A DNA stretch of 64,000 nucleotides from Candidatus Culexmicrobium thermophilum. Lineage in GTDB: Archaea; Thermoproteota; Methanomethylicia; Culexarchaeales; B10-G16. Below are positions 10,286 to 20,918 of the stretch, piece after piece. The notes below the pieces were generated by a model. The model ran no database searches and had not been told where the DNA came from. It saw only the letters and a program-made list of their open reading frames with translations. The stretch covers positions 1,078-65,077 of the forward strand of contig JANZKB010000001.1 in NCBI GenBank assembly GCA_025061095.1. Direction: 5' to 3'. Each line of letters starts with the position of its first letter. Within the stretch, counting starts at the first letter, position 1. The translations under genes and the position numbers were made by a program.

Positions 10286-11423
10286 TTCTTAAGCCTTTCG
10301 GATGAAAATGAGTTCTAGAAGCAAAGAAGCCGAGAGCTTGCAATTGCTCTATAACTTTCTTCAATTTTGGTGAGGAAACTTTCAGTCTCTTCGTCAATTT
10401 ATCCATAACGTAAAAGGTAGGCGGACCGTCAGCTTCTTCCCCTATAAATTTAAGGAGACGTTTAATCTTTGAGTATTCTTCAGGCTGATATTGCAACAGA
10501 ACATTTTCCATATTCTTTAGAAAGGATTTATTGAAGATTGGCCCACACCAGAGCGGTCCAATAGGCTTTAGGAGGGTTCCACAGAATGGGCAGATGAGAA
10601 AAACATGATGAAATGAAGATTTTTCAATCATTCTATAATTGCAATCATTGCAGAAGACGATATATCCTAAATTCTTAAGAGATTCATCTGCTCTTCTAAC
10701 ACTTCTTCTCAATGTAATGTAAACACGTATGTAATGTCTTGTATAATGGGAGAAAAGCACGTTACATGAGAAATCTAATTGTGCAGCTTTACGTGCAACT
10801 GCACCTACAAGTATTCTAATAGCTAATTCATGAGAAAATTCCGTTGAATAGGAGATTGAACTGTACCTCCTTAGGCAAGTATCCGGATATTTACCGTAGA
10901 GTGGTGGAATATCAGTGGCTGTCAGACATAGGAGGCCGCCATCTTTAATGGCATGAATAGAGGATTCAACAAAGTTTATAGGGGAACCGAAGGGATCTAT
11001 GTCTATTACATCAAATCTTAAATCACCATATGAATTTTTAAGTAGCATTAAATTAGCATCTAAACATGAGATCACGGATAAATGTTCAAGAAGATTTAAA
11101 CGGATATTTCTCTCTATTAGTTCCACTGCTAGAGGATTTTTATCATTTAACCATGTCCTTTGAATTCCTGGAACCTCTAAGGAGTATCTAATTCCCCTGA
11201 CGCCGGTACCTGCCAAGGCGTCACATATATGTAGTTTTTTCCTGAAAATTTTCTGATAAGTACGAAGTACAAGTATTGATAAGCTTCTTCCAAAAGCCAT
11301 TTCAGGATTATAGAATACTGGTGCATATGAGGGTTCATACTTGGCGGAGCCGACTTTACAGTAGTAGTCTAAATCAGGTATGATAAGTTGAGCTTTTCCT
11401 TCATAAATTCTTTTTACCTTCAA
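10236..11423 (-). CDS. trm1: tRNA (guanine26-N2)-dimethyltransferase Trm1
   Basis: Trm1 family layout with C-terminal Cys-rich region. Confidence 0.65.
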   Translation of the reverse strand: MKVKRIYEGKAQLIIPDLDYYCKVGSAKYEPSYAPVFYNPEMAFGRSLSILVLRTYQKIFRKKLHICDALAGTGVRGIRYSLEVPGIQRTWLNDKNPLAVELIERNIRLNLLEHLSVISCLDANLMLLKNSYGDLRFDVIDIDPFGSPINFVESSIHAIKDGGLLCLTATDIPPLYGKYPDTCLRRYSSISYSTEFSHELAIRILVGAVARKAAQLDFSCNVLFSHYTRHYIRVYITLRRSVRRADESLKNLGYIVFCNDCNYRMIEKSSFHHVFLICPFCGTLLKPIGPLWCGPIFNKSFLKNMENVLLQYQPEEYSKIKRLLKFIGEEADGPPTFYVMDKLTKRLKVSSPKLKKVIEQLQALGFFASRTHFHPKGLRTNAPLKVLYDVVRSSL

Positions 11424-11991
11424 TTTTTGATTCCCTCTTTAAGCTTCGAAATAGTTCATTGAAGATTAGAGATGGCAAAAGATCTCTATTTCTATAGGTG
11501 ACTTCGAAAATTTTAAAAGTAACATTCATAGATCTAAAAAGTTTCACAATATAATTTTTTAAACGTTTATGAACAATTATTATCATAGGTTTTTCTGTCT
11601 CTAAAACTTTTAGAAATGCTTGAAAGAAGGCTTTGCTTTTCATCTCCATAGGTCCAAGTTCATCTATGATTATAACATCAGAACATTTCGAAGCTCTATT
11701 TATAGCAGAAATTCCTATGGTCTCTAAATCCCTTATATTAACGGAATATTTTCCAACTTTTATAGGAAAGTTAAAGTTAACATTGGATAACCAGCCTTCA
11801 CTGCCTGATAGGACATCTACAATTTTGAATCCTATTCTAACACCTTTAAATCTAACTTCAGGGCATATGATTCCGCCAACTCTGAAATTTTTCTGCTTCA
11901 ACATGTCGACAACCCGTCTACATACAGTTGACTTTCCGACACCTGGTTTACCGCTGATCAGGATAATCAATCTTCTCCCCATATAAAGCAA
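11401..11991 (-). CDS. nucleoside-triphosphatase THEP1-like P-loop NTPase
   Basis: ISGKPGVGKST Walker A, ~190 aa. Confidence 0.55.
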   Translation of the reverse strand: MLYMGRRLIILISGKPGVGKSTVCRRVVDMLKQKNFRVGGIICPEVRFKGVRIGFKIVDVLSGSEGWLSNVNFNFPIKVGKYSVNIRDLETIGISAINRASKCSDVIIIDELGPMEMKSKAFFQAFLKVLETEKPMIIIVHKRLKNYIVKLFRSMNVTFKIFEVTYRNRDLLPSLIFNELFRSLKRESKIEGKKNL

Positions 11992-12036
11992 TAAAGTTTA
12001 ACTAATAAGAATCATGCACATATAAATTGAAGATTT

Positions 12037-12711
12037 ATGGTGAAGGAGAAATATAAAATAATTGCAGGAGTGGATGATGCAGGCCGTGGACCTGTAATAG
12101 GCCCGCTGATTATAGCGGGAGTAGCAGTGGAAGAGCTGAAATATGAAAAGTTAAGGAAGATAGGGGTTAAGGATTCTAAAAAGCTGAGTGCACATCAAAG
12201 GAGAAGGCTGACCGTTGAAATATTGAACATAGCATATAAATGGGATTACAAGATTATCACTCCAGCCGAAATAGATAGGGCAGTATTCTATAAGCGAAAG
12301 ACAAATGTGGGGGTGTTAAATAGACTTGAAGCAGAAGCTATGGCAGAGATAATCGATAAACTTAAACCAAACATAGTTTACGTCGATTCTTCAGATGTAA
12401 ATGAGAAGAGATTTAAAGAGTATATCATGGAGAAATTGTCACTAAAGAATGTTGAAATAATATCTGAACATAAAGCGGATGAGAAGTATGCGGTGGTTTC
12501 TGCAGCTTCCATTCTAGCTAAAGTTAAGAGAGATGCCATAATTGCCCAATTGCGAAAAAAGTATGGTGACTTTGGATCAGGATATCCCTCAGATCCGAAG
12601 ACCAGATTCTTCATAAAGAAATGCATTCGGGAAGGAGTGTATCCGAAAATCATTAGGATGAGTTGGAAAACTATTGGCAAACTGAAGAGAGGTTATGATG
12701 AAGAGGTTTGA
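12037..12711 (+). CDS. rnhB: ribonuclease HII
   Basis: GVDDAGRGPVIGPL, DSK motif. Confidence 0.8.
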   Translation: MVKEKYKIIAGVDDAGRGPVIGPLIIAGVAVEELKYEKLRKIGVKDSKKLSAHQRRRLTVEILNIAYKWDYKIITPAEIDRAVFYKRKTNVGVLNRLEAEAMAEIIDKLKPNIVYVDSSDVNEKRFKEYIMEKLSLKNVEIISEHKADEKYAVVSAASILAKVKRDAIIAQLRKKYGDFGSGYPSDPKTRFFIKKCIREGVYPKIIRMSWKTIGKLKRGYDEEV

Positions 12712-12786
12712 GAAAAATCAACATACATGACTTTTTTGTTAAATTTATAATAGTATAATTAAAAAAATAAGTTTATTTTAGATATT

Positions 12787-14421
12787 TTAGTATGTTGGGT
12801 AAGGCCCTTTACCTTTTTCTTCCTTTTCACTTGGCGGTGCCGCTGCAATAACATCATCGATTCTCAATATCATTATTGCAGCCTCTGTTCCCGACTTTAT
12901 GGCCTGCTTCTTTACGCTTGCAGGTTCCAATATTCCTTTACTCCACATATCCGCTACCTTTCCTTTAACAACATCGATTCCCGCCCATTTCTCATTGCTT
13001 TCATGTCTAGCTCTAAGATCCACCATTATGTCTACAGGGTCTAGGCCAGCGTTTTCTGCAAGTGTTAAGGGAACAACTTCCAATGCATCTGCAAATTTCA
13101 GTGCTGCAAGCTGTTCTTTACCTTTCAATGTTCTAGCCCAATCCCTTATTCTATGAGCTACTTCAGCTTCTGGTGCACCGCCTCCAGCAACAATTCTAGG
13201 CTCCCTTACAAGATTTCTTGTCACACATAACACGTCATGTATTGATCTCTCAGCTTCATCAATTAAATGCTTTGATCCGCCTCTGATTAATATTGTCACT
13301 GCCTTCGGATTCTTGCACTCCTCTATGAATACCATCTTGTCTTCTCCTACTTTTCTCTCCTCAACTCTCTTCGCCTCTCCAAGATCTTCTGGCTTTAGGT
13401 CGTCTATACTTGTCACTATTCTTGCTCCAGTTGCTTTAGCTATCTTCGCCATATCTGACTCTTTCACCCTTCTAACGGCAAGTATCTTCTTCTTTGCTAG
13501 AAAGTGTTGGGCAACATCGTCGATTCCTTTCTGGCAGATAACTACGTTTGCTCCTGTTTCAGCTATCTTCTCCACAATTTTCTTAAGAATCTCCGTTTCC
13601 TGTTCTAGGAAAGCTCTCATCTGCTCTGGGCTTGTAATATTTATCTTTGCACTTATCTCTGTCTTCTCAACCTCTATTGGACAATTCAGCAGAGCTATCT
13701 TAGCATTCTCAACCCTTTTAGGCATACCGGGATGTACAACCTCCTTGTCGAGGACTATTCCATAGATTAATGCTGTATCGTTAAGTGATTCGCCTTCCTT
13801 CTTTTCAACTTTTATGTTATCTATGTCAACAGCCCATTTATCATCTTTCTTCTCTGCAACTTGTAGAACAGCGTTCACCGCCATTTGAGTTAATTTATCT
13901 ATAGATCCTATTATCAAGGCCTTACTGTAGAGAGTTGTTAAACCAGCTTTTTTAAGGGTTTCCTTATCGGTTGGATCTATCGTTACAGCTATTTCATCAA
14001 TTATTTCTAAGGCTTTGTCCATTGCTTTCTTATAGCCTTCTATTATTATTGTTGGATGAACATTCTGTAAGAGAAGTTCTTCAGCCTTTTTCAACAGTTC
14101 TCCAGCTAACACTACAGATGTGGTGGTTCCATCTCCAACTTCATCGTCTTGTGCTTTGGCCACTTCTACCATCATTTTTGCAGCTGGATGCTGAACATCC
14201 ATTTCCTTTAGAATTGTTGCACCATCATTCGTCACCACTATGTCTCCGAAACTGTCTACAAGCATTTTGTCCATTCCTCTAGGGCCGAGAGAACTTCTCA
14301 CAGTTTCTGAAAGTATTCTAGCTGCCAGTATATTTGATCTTAGGGCGTCTCGACCAACGGATCTCGATGTTCCCTCCTTCAGTAATAGTACAGGCTGCCC
14401 GCTAAAAGCCGTCATTTTCAA
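12787..14421 (-). CDS. thermosome (group II chaperonin) subunit
   Basis: [17 protein letters not shown] motifs. Confidence 0.9.
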   Translation of the reverse strand: MKMTAFSGQPVLLLKEGTSRSVGRDALRSNILAARILSETVRSSLGPRGMDKMLVDSFGDIVVTNDGATILKEMDVQHPAAKMMVEVAKAQDDEVGDGTTTSVVLAGELLKKAEELLLQNVHPTIIIEGYKKAMDKALEIIDEIAVTIDPTDKETLKKAGLTTLYSKALIIGSIDKLTQMAVNAVLQVAEKKDDKWAVDIDNIKVEKKEGESLNDTALIYGIVLDKEVVHPGMPKRVENAKIALLNCPIEVEKTEISAKINITSPEQMRAFLEQETEILKKIVEKIAETGANVVICQKGIDDVAQHFLAKKKILAVRRVKESDMAKIAKATGARIVTSIDDLKPEDLGEAKRVEERKVGEDKMVFIEECKNPKAVTILIRGGSKHLIDEAERSIHDVLCVTRNLVREPRIVAGGGAPEAEVAHRIRDWARTLKGKEQLAALKFADALEVVPLTLAENAGLDPVDIMVDLRARHESNEKWAGIDVVKGKVADMWSKGILEPASVKKQAIKSGTEAAIMILRIDDVIAAAPPSEKEEKGKGPYPTY

Positions 14422-14552
14422 TCCTCCTATTCTATAACTGCAAACTCATGTCGATTATTTATTTTTTACTTTATTTTTGATGTTACATTTCCATTTATAT
14501 GTTTGAACATTGATATTAAGGGTGGGGGGAAAGAGTTTAAAAGGTGCTGTAA

Positions 14553-15890
14553 ATGGAGCCTGATGTTAGATCCTTCCTATATGAGCTTGAAGATAAAAAC
14601 TTAGTTAAACATGTCTCCCGAGAATTTTCTCCGAGATATGAAATCGCCGCCATCCTTAAACACTATGATCTTGAATTCACAGTTATCTTTGAGAAAATCT
14701 CAAACTTCAACGGCAAGATTGTCGGTAATCTCTGCAATACGCGGGAAAAGTTGAGCATTGCTTTAAATGCTTCAAAGAGTAGACTTCATGAACATCTTTT
14801 ATATGCATTGAAGAATCCGAGGAAACCTACGATGAAAGACGACGCTGCATTTCTGGATTTTTCATCGCCTCCTAATCTCTCTCAAATCCCCATACTTACA
14901 TATTATGAGAAGGATGCAGGGCCATATATAACTTCAGGAGTTGTGATAAGTAGAGATCCTGATCTAGGTTTTCAGAACATGTCTATACATCGCCTTCTAG
15001 TTGTAGATAAAGATACTCTTGCTATAAGAGTAGTTCCACGTCATCTCCACCATTTCATAAAGAAAGCAGAGAAGCGGAATCAACCACTTCCAGTATGTAT
15101 AGCTATAGGTCTCCATCCCGCAATACTTTTGGCGGCAGCTTCATCACCGCCACTCGGAGTCGATGAACTTCATATTGCAAACACCCTATTGAAAGATAAA
15201 TTATCTGTCTTTAAATGTGAAGGGACAGGTCTAATTGTTCCAGCAAATGCAGAGTATTTATTGGAGGGATTTCTCTATCCTACCTGTAAAGTTGATGAGG
15301 GGCCATTTGTAGATGCAACTGGAACTTATGATGCTGTCAGAAAGCAGCCTATAATAAAGTTAACCAGAATCTTTCATCGTGAAAGACCGATTTACCAAGC
15401 TTTGCTACCTGGAGGATCGGAGCACAGGTTGCTCATGGGATTTCATAGAGAAGCTGCAATAAAGGAAGCTGTGAGTAGAGTTGTCCCAGAGGTTAAATCG
15501 GTGCGTTTAACGTTTGGAGGTTGCGGCTGGCTGCATGCAGTCATATCGATAAGGAAGGTAAGTGACGGTGACGGTAAAAATGCCATACTGGCAGCTTTTG
15601 CTGCTCATCCAAGTTTAAAACATGTTGTAGTGGTGGATGAAGATGTAGATGTAGACGATTTAAATGAAGTGGAATGGGCTCTAGCTACAAGATTCCAGGC
15701 GGAAGAAGATCTCATAGTAATACGTAATGCTAGGGGATCTAGCATAGATCCATCAGCCGATCAGGAGGCTCTGATAACTTCGAAAATGGGGTTAGATGCC
15801 ACTAGACCATTGAATAAGCCTACTCAACATTTCATGAAAGGAAAGATTCCCATCTCCGATAAGGTGAAAAAATTTCTTTTAGGTGAATGA
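14553..15890 (+). CDS. UbiD-family decarboxylase (candidate trans-anhydromevalonate 5-phosphate decarboxylase)
   Basis: UbiD-like fold; sits directly upstream of AcnX pair. Confidence 0.6.
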   Translation: MEPDVRSFLYELEDKNLVKHVSREFSPRYEIAAILKHYDLEFTVIFEKISNFNGKIVGNLCNTREKLSIALNASKSRLHEHLLYALKNPRKPTMKDDAAFLDFSSPPNLSQIPILTYYEKDAGPYITSGVVISRDPDLGFQNMSIHRLLVVDKDTLAIRVVPRHLHHFIKKAEKRNQPLPVCIAIGLHPAILLAAASSPPLGVDELHIANTLLKDKLSVFKCEGTGLIVPANAEYLLEGFLYPTCKVDEGPFVDATGTYDAVRKQPIIKLTRIFHRERPIYQALLPGGSEHRLLMGFHREAAIKEAVSRVVPEVKSVRLTFGGCGWLHAVISIRKVSDGDGKNAILAAFAAHPSLKHVVVVDEDVDVDDLNEVEWALATRFQAEEDLIVIRNARGSSIDPSADQEALITSKMGLDATRPLNKPTQHFMKGKIPISDKVKKFLLGE

Positions 15891-17082
15891 TGTGTTTCTA
15901 AATAGAAATCAAGAGTTAATGCTTAAAGGGGAGTTTGGACCGGCCGTTCAAAAGGCTATGGAATTATTAGTTGCATTGGGAGATGCTATAGGTGCTGAAA
16001 AACTCATTCCCATTAAAAGTGTACACATCTCTGGGATAAGTTACTCCACTATAGGTAATGCTGGATTATCCTTTGTGGAGGATTTCGCCTCCCTGGGAGC
16101 TAGGGCAACCGTTTTGTCAACGATAAATCCTGCTGGTATGGATTTGATTCGATGGAGGGAGATGGGTGTAAAGGAAGATTTCCACAGTAAACAGTTGAGG
16201 ATCATAAACTCCTTTAAAAGGATGAATATAAAAACCACATGTACATGTACACCTTATCTTGTGGGAAATAAGCCGGAGAGGGGATCTCATGTTTCATGGG
16301 CGGAATCCTCCGCAGTCGTATATGGAAACTCCATATTGAACATTAAAACTAACAGGGAAAGTGGACCTTCCACTATAGCTTCAGCTATTACTGGATTAAC
16401 ACCTCTCGCAGGTTACCATTTAGATGAAAATAGAAAGCCCAGCGTCTATGTTAAACTGATTGGAGTTAAAGTTGCTTCTAACCTTACAGCAAGCATTTTG
16501 GGCTATTTGATAGGAAGAGAGATGAATAGAGGGATACCTGCAATTATCGGTTTAAACGTGAAGAATTTAAGCATACTTAAGTCTTTGTCGGCTGGTTTAG
16601 CCACTTCTGGCGGGTTAGCTATGTTCACTCTAATCGAGGAAAAAGGGAATGTGCAGGACGCTCCAACAATGAAAATCGATTATAATGATATAAATCATCT
16701 ATTGATGGATTATCCTTTAATCGAAAAACCTGACTTAATCTTCTTTGGATGCCCCCATTTAAGTCTCCCAGAGATCACCTATATAGTTAATTTGCTTAGA
16801 GGCAGAAGGCTTAAAAAGGGGATGGAAATGTGGCTCTTCACTTCAAGACATGTATACTCCGAATGCCTTAGAAGAGGATATGTAGAAGTCGTCTATAATG
16901 CTGGCGGCAAATTCATTTGCGACACATGTCCAGTAGTTATGCCTACATATCTCATTAAGGGAAGAAAATTTATAACCAATTCAAGTAAGGCTGCTTTTTA
17001 TCTCTCTTCGAAACATGAAGCATCAGTCTCTCTACTCGACATTAAAACATGTATTAAAGAATTTACGGAGAGAAAAATATGA
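15883..17082 (+). CDS. aconitase X large subunit (candidate phosphomevalonate dehydratase large subunit)
   Basis: AcnX catalytic domain architecture; overlaps neighbours by 8 and 4 nt. Confidence 0.6.
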   Translation: MNDVFLNRNQELMLKGEFGPAVQKAMELLVALGDAIGAEKLIPIKSVHISGISYSTIGNAGLSFVEDFASLGARATVLSTINPAGMDLIRWREMGVKEDFHSKQLRIINSFKRMNIKTTCTCTPYLVGNKPERGSHVSWAESSAVVYGNSILNIKTNRESGPSTIASAITGLTPLAGYHLDENRKPSVYVKLIGVKVASNLTASILGYLIGREMNRGIPAIIGLNVKNLSILKSLSAGLATSGGLAMFTLIEEKGNVQDAPTMKIDYNDINHLLMDYPLIEKPDLIFFGCPHLSLPEITYIVNLLRGRRLKKGMEMWLFTSRHVYSECLRRGYVEVVYNAGGKFICDTCPVVMPTYLIKGRKFITNSSKAAFYLSSKHEASVSLLDIKTCIKEFTERKI

Positions 17083-17513
17083 ATAAGATAATTCTATTTG
17101 GAAGAGGATTATCGAAATTCTATGGGGAAGGGGAAGCTTTAGTTTCAAGGGAAGCTATCTCATTCTTCGGAGGAGTCGACCCATACTCTGGAAAGATCAC
17201 GGATATTAGCCATCATTTGAGAGGGCATTCCGTTAAGGGTAAAATCTTAGTGTTTCCGCATGGTAAAGGTAGCACTGTAGGGGCATATACTCTCTATCAG
17301 ATGAGTAAATTAGGCACTGCTCCAGCGGGAATAATAAACATAATTGCCGATCATGTGACCATTGTGGGTTGCATTTTATCGAATATTCCTCTCATCGACG
17401 ATTTCACATTGAATCCGATAGATGTAATATCCAATGGCGACTATGTAAGAGTAGATGGCCGTAGAGGAGTAGTTGAGATAGTACAGAGAAAGTTAAAAGG
17501 AAATTTTAGTTGA
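17079..17513 (+). CDS. aconitase X small (swivel) subunit
   Basis: ~140 aa AcnX swivel-domain protein translationally coupled to large subunit. Confidence 0.6.
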   Translation: MNKIILFGRGLSKFYGEGEALVSREAISFFGGVDPYSGKITDISHHLRGHSVKGKILVFPHGKGSTVGAYTLYQMSKLGTAPAGIINIIADHVTIVGCILSNIPLIDDFTLNPIDVISNGDYVRVDGRRGVVEIVQRKLKGNFS

Positions 17514-18788
17514 GATTGGACCTTCTCCTAACACTTCCCTTGCCGCCTTCTTTACCTTTTCCCTTTCCTCTTGAAATGTATATGCCCTGACAACATCAAA
17601 GTATCCTTTTAAAACGTTCACTATACCTGATATCTCACTCATTCTGTGAATTCTTCTTTTTCCATTGATTTCCTCAAAAACGAAGACTTCCATGGGATCT
17701 ATCTGTCTTGGACTATAGGGGATCGATGGAAGGGTGGGAACATCTATTAGCACGGACTCCTCGTTAACTCCTGCCTTCTCCGCGATTTCCCTTTCAATTT
17801 CCCTTCTCACAGTCTCTTTTGAAAGTAGACTGGCCATCAACTTGTCACGTGTATGAACTGTAACTTCATATGCACATTTCAATAGTTCCCTTTTTTCCAA
17901 CATGTTTATAAGTTTACAAGCCATCTGCAAATTTTTATTTTTATCATTTCTCAGCTCCCTTATCTTTACGAGAACATATGCATCATCCAGCTTTAGATAT
18001 TCCTCTGGAGTTTTGAAATCTGTTAATTCTAGATATTCCCTCGCTAATTCCATTGCCTTGGAGATCATAATATTAGCGCTTCTAACTGTTCTATGATAAT
18101 AAACTGCTTTGAACATTTCATATCTTGCTATTAGAAATGCTTCCAGAGCATATAATGCTCCTGGAACTTCTACAGCTAAATTTCCATCCACCACATTCAT
18201 AGAGTATATTAATCTGAAAATGTCGATTAAACCGTATTGTACCCCAGTGAAATGTGAATCTCTCACTAGAAAATCCATTTTGTCAACGTCAAATGGACTT
18301 GAAATCACCTGGTCTAAGAAATCCTTCTCTTTTACTCTTCTGCCACGAGCCAGGTTGGCTATATCCTCCGGTTTATATCCAAACTTTTTCAGGATCTCTC
18401 CTATTTCACTTTCTTTTATAAGCCAAGTTGTTATGTCTTCATGATTTTTATTCAAATATTTAATTGAAATATCTTCATATACATGTGAGAAGGGGCCATG
18501 TCCAAGATCATGTAGAAGTGCCGCTAACCGTAGACATTGAACATCCTCCTCTTCGATTATTCCATTTCTCAGAAGATGCTCTCCTAGAGCTCCTGCCAAG
18601 TGCATTGTACCTATGGAATGGCTGAAACGTGTGTGTTCTGCTCCAGGATACGTTAAATATGCGCCGCCCAGCTGCTTTATCCTTCTAAGCCTCTGAAAGG
18701 TTGCAGTATCTATGATCTCTCTTTCAAGTTCATTTATAAATATATATCCATGTATTGGATCTCGTATTTCAGCACATTTCTTCCACAT
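17493..18788 (-). CDS. HD-domain phosphohydrolase
   Basis: H...HD...H...D motifs; start probably MWKK (track start further upstream). Confidence 0.6.
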   Translation of the reverse strand: MWKKCAEIRDPIHGYIFINELEREIIDTATFQRLRRIKQLGGAYLTYPGAEHTRFSHSIGTMHLAGALGEHLLRNGIIEEEDVQCLRLAALLHDLGHGPFSHVYEDISIKYLNKNHEDITTWLIKESEIGEILKKFGYKPEDIANLARGRRVKEKDFLDQVISSPFDVDKMDFLVRDSHFTGVQYGLIDIFRLIYSMNVVDGNLAVEVPGALYALEAFLIARYEMFKAVYYHRTVRSANIMISKAMELAREYLELTDFKTPEEYLKLDDAYVLVKIRELRNDKNKNLQMACKLINMLEKRELLKCAYEVTVHTRDKLMASLLSKETVRREIEREIAEKAGVNEESVLIDVPTLPSIPYSPRQIDPMEVFVFEEINGKRRIHRMSEISGIVNVLKGYFDVVRAYTFQEEREKVKKAAREVLGEGPISTKISF

Positions 18789-18863
18789 TTCCAGCCGAAT
18801 AAAATATTTATAAACTACTATATATTTCACTCTAAACGGTTTGAGGGAAAGAAGGGATGCTCA

Positions 18864-19457
18864 ATGAGTCTTGTAGCGTTGGAGGGTATTGACAAGTCGG
18901 GGAAAGCTACACAGGCAAAAATGCTGAAAGAATGGTTGAGCACTAATGGTTTTCCAGTCGAGATCATAGCTTTCCCTGACTATTCCACACCTATTGGAAG
19001 AGAAATCAAAGCTTTTCTGACTGAGAAGATATCCTTTAACGTTGAGGTTAGACAATTACTTTATGCTGCAAATAGATGGGAGAATAAGGAGAAAATTGAA
19101 GGGATGTTGAAGGAAGGAAAGATAGTTATAGCTGATAGATATATTCCCTCTGGTTTGGCATATGGATATGCCAACGGTTTACCTTTGGATTGGATGCTCT
19201 GCCTTGAGAGAGGTTTACCTGAACCTGACATTGTAATAGTTATCGATATTTCTCCTCAGACTTCGATAAAGAGATTATCATGTGGAAAGGATCGATATGA
19301 AAAGGATGTTACATTTTTGAGTAAGGTTCGATCAAGCTATCTTTATCTGGCTAAAAAATTTAATTGGTTTATAGTTGAAGGTGAAAGAAGCGCTTTAGAG
19401 ATATTTGAGGATATTAAGAATATTCTTTTCACCAATCTCAAGCTATTAACCGATTAG
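18864..19457 (+). CDS. tmk: thymidylate kinase
   Basis: ALEGIDKSGK P-loop; internal ATG 18864 chosen to avoid overlap with convergent HD gene. Confidence 0.7.
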   Translation: MSLVALEGIDKSGKATQAKMLKEWLSTNGFPVEIIAFPDYSTPIGREIKAFLTEKISFNVEVRQLLYAANRWENKEKIEGMLKEGKIVIADRYIPSGLAYGYANGLPLDWMLCLERGLPEPDIVIVIDISPQTSIKRLSCGKDRYEKDVTFLSKVRSSYLYLAKKFNWFIVEGERSALEIFEDIKNILFTNLKLLTD

Positions 19458-20909
19458 ATTCTTCCAAATCTTCGGCGGATTACGCCACCTCCATAATCCA
19501 TATCTCAACCATTTCTCATTGAATCCTTTATTTTTCATCCAACATTTCAACGCTCTTTCCCATTTATCCCAGAGATCAGGATGTGTTTTGCTTACATTTA
19601 GAAGATCGGCCATGTCGCTGGCAGGACATAGGAAGCAACCTATTCTAACATAATTTCTGAAATAGAGTGGATTTACCGATAATTTTTGGATTCCAATATA
19701 CGCCCAAACTTCGAGAGCAGTCCAATCTCTAATGGGATTAACCTTTAGTTGCCCTTTAATGTAATGTGTTTCCGCCACTTTGGGTTCATATGCCCTCCAA
19801 TAGGATTCATATTTTCTTTGGCCTAGAAAGGTTAAGCATCGCCCATTTAAATACTCCTTTACAATTTCCTGCATAGATGAAAGTTTGCAGCTTTTACAGC
19901 ACCATCTATAATCTCTTCCAGGAGGACCTAGACGTTCAAAGAGACTCCAGAAATCATTTCGGCTTTTCTTGTAAATTAATAAGTTTTCAACATTGAGGTC
20001 TCTTAAAAAATCATGGATATATCTTATTGTTTCAGGAAATTCGATTCCCGTGTCGAGAAAAACTATCTTGACTTTATCGATCCCAGCTTCTAAGACTAAT
20101 GATAATAGGCATGCACTATCTTTTCCACCGCTGAAAGAAATACTCCTCCCATAACTCCAATATCTATCTACAGTTTTCGAAATGAATTTTATTGTTTTCT
20201 CAGATCTCTCTTCTATTTCACCTTTATTTGCCTTTAGAAAATCGCTCCAAGTACTCTTTGAAGAATTCTCTTTAATCTTGCTTTCATCCACTATTTCTTT
20301 AACTTTGATTGCCATTCCGTTGCGCATCCTCCTGATTTCACGGCTGCTGAATCTCGCTTTCCCCACTGCTACCACGTCACCTCTCCTTGAAACTACTATC
20401 ACATAGTCACCTCTCTCCACGTTTCCATCAATGCTTTTAATGCCTCCAACCATAATGTTCATTCCGTTACGGATTGCTTTTACAGCGCCTTCATCAATCA
20501 GAACCCGTTTTCCACCTCCATAACAGTTTATTCTTTTAGCTCCCTCACTCTTCGGCATAAATCGCCATCGTGTAAGATCAAAGAATACAGCTCCTATCGG
20601 ATATCCATCTACTATTATCTCCTCCATTCTATCTAGCCAAGGTATTTTGTTTATGAGAATTATTTTATCGTCAGGAAGCAGTTTTTTACCTATTCCATTT
20701 CCATATTCGTTGTCAATGATATTTCTCATCAAGTTTAGATCTTCTCTCCAAGCTGGTCTAACATCTCCAGGTAATGAGAGAATAAGTCTTCGTCCCTTTT
20801 CATGACATCTTGGACATAACTGTTTAAGTATAGGCATGTTGCAGTAGTCGCACCACCAAATATTTTTATTGGCTACTTTGAATAGATATCTGCTAATCTT
20901 ACGGGGCAT
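19446..20909 (-). CDS. Zn-ribbon + PUA domain + PAPS-reductase-like PP-loop ATPase
   Basis: N-terminal CxxC...CxxC, PUA-like middle, SGGKDS PP-loop. Confidence 0.55.
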   Translation of the reverse strand: MPRKISRYLFKVANKNIWWCDYCNMPILKQLCPRCHEKGRRLILSLPGDVRPAWREDLNLMRNIIDNEYGNGIGKKLLPDDKIILINKIPWLDRMEEIIVDGYPIGAVFFDLTRWRFMPKSEGAKRINCYGGGKRVLIDEGAVKAIRNGMNIMVGGIKSIDGNVERGDYVIVVSRRGDVVAVGKARFSSREIRRMRNGMAIKVKEIVDESKIKENSSKSTWSDFLKANKGEIEERSEKTIKFISKTVDRYWSYGRSISFSGGKDSACLLSLVLEAGIDKVKIVFLDTGIEFPETIRYIHDFLRDLNVENLLIYKKSRNDFWSLFERLGPPGRDYRWCCKSCKLSSMQEIVKEYLNGRCLTFLGQRKYESYWRAYEPKVAETHYIKGQLKVNPIRDWTALEVWAYIGIQKLSVNPLYFRNYVRIGCFLCPASDMADLLNVSKTHPDLWDKWERALKCWMKNKGFNEKWLRYGLWRWRNPPKIWKNLIG

Positions 20910-20918
20910 TGCTCCTCC

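Noticed and set aside
12899-14437. Several antisense ORFs inside both thermosome genes (also 29629-31323) and inside the K/E-rich coiled-coil gene (1173-1484), plus other antisense ORFs within clearly assigned genes (e.g. 100-555, 604-1080, 6336-6884, 41789-42226)
   Set aside because: Each is on the strand opposite a confidently identified conserved gene, has low-complexity S/L/F-rich translations, and arises because purine-rich coding strands give stop-poor complements.
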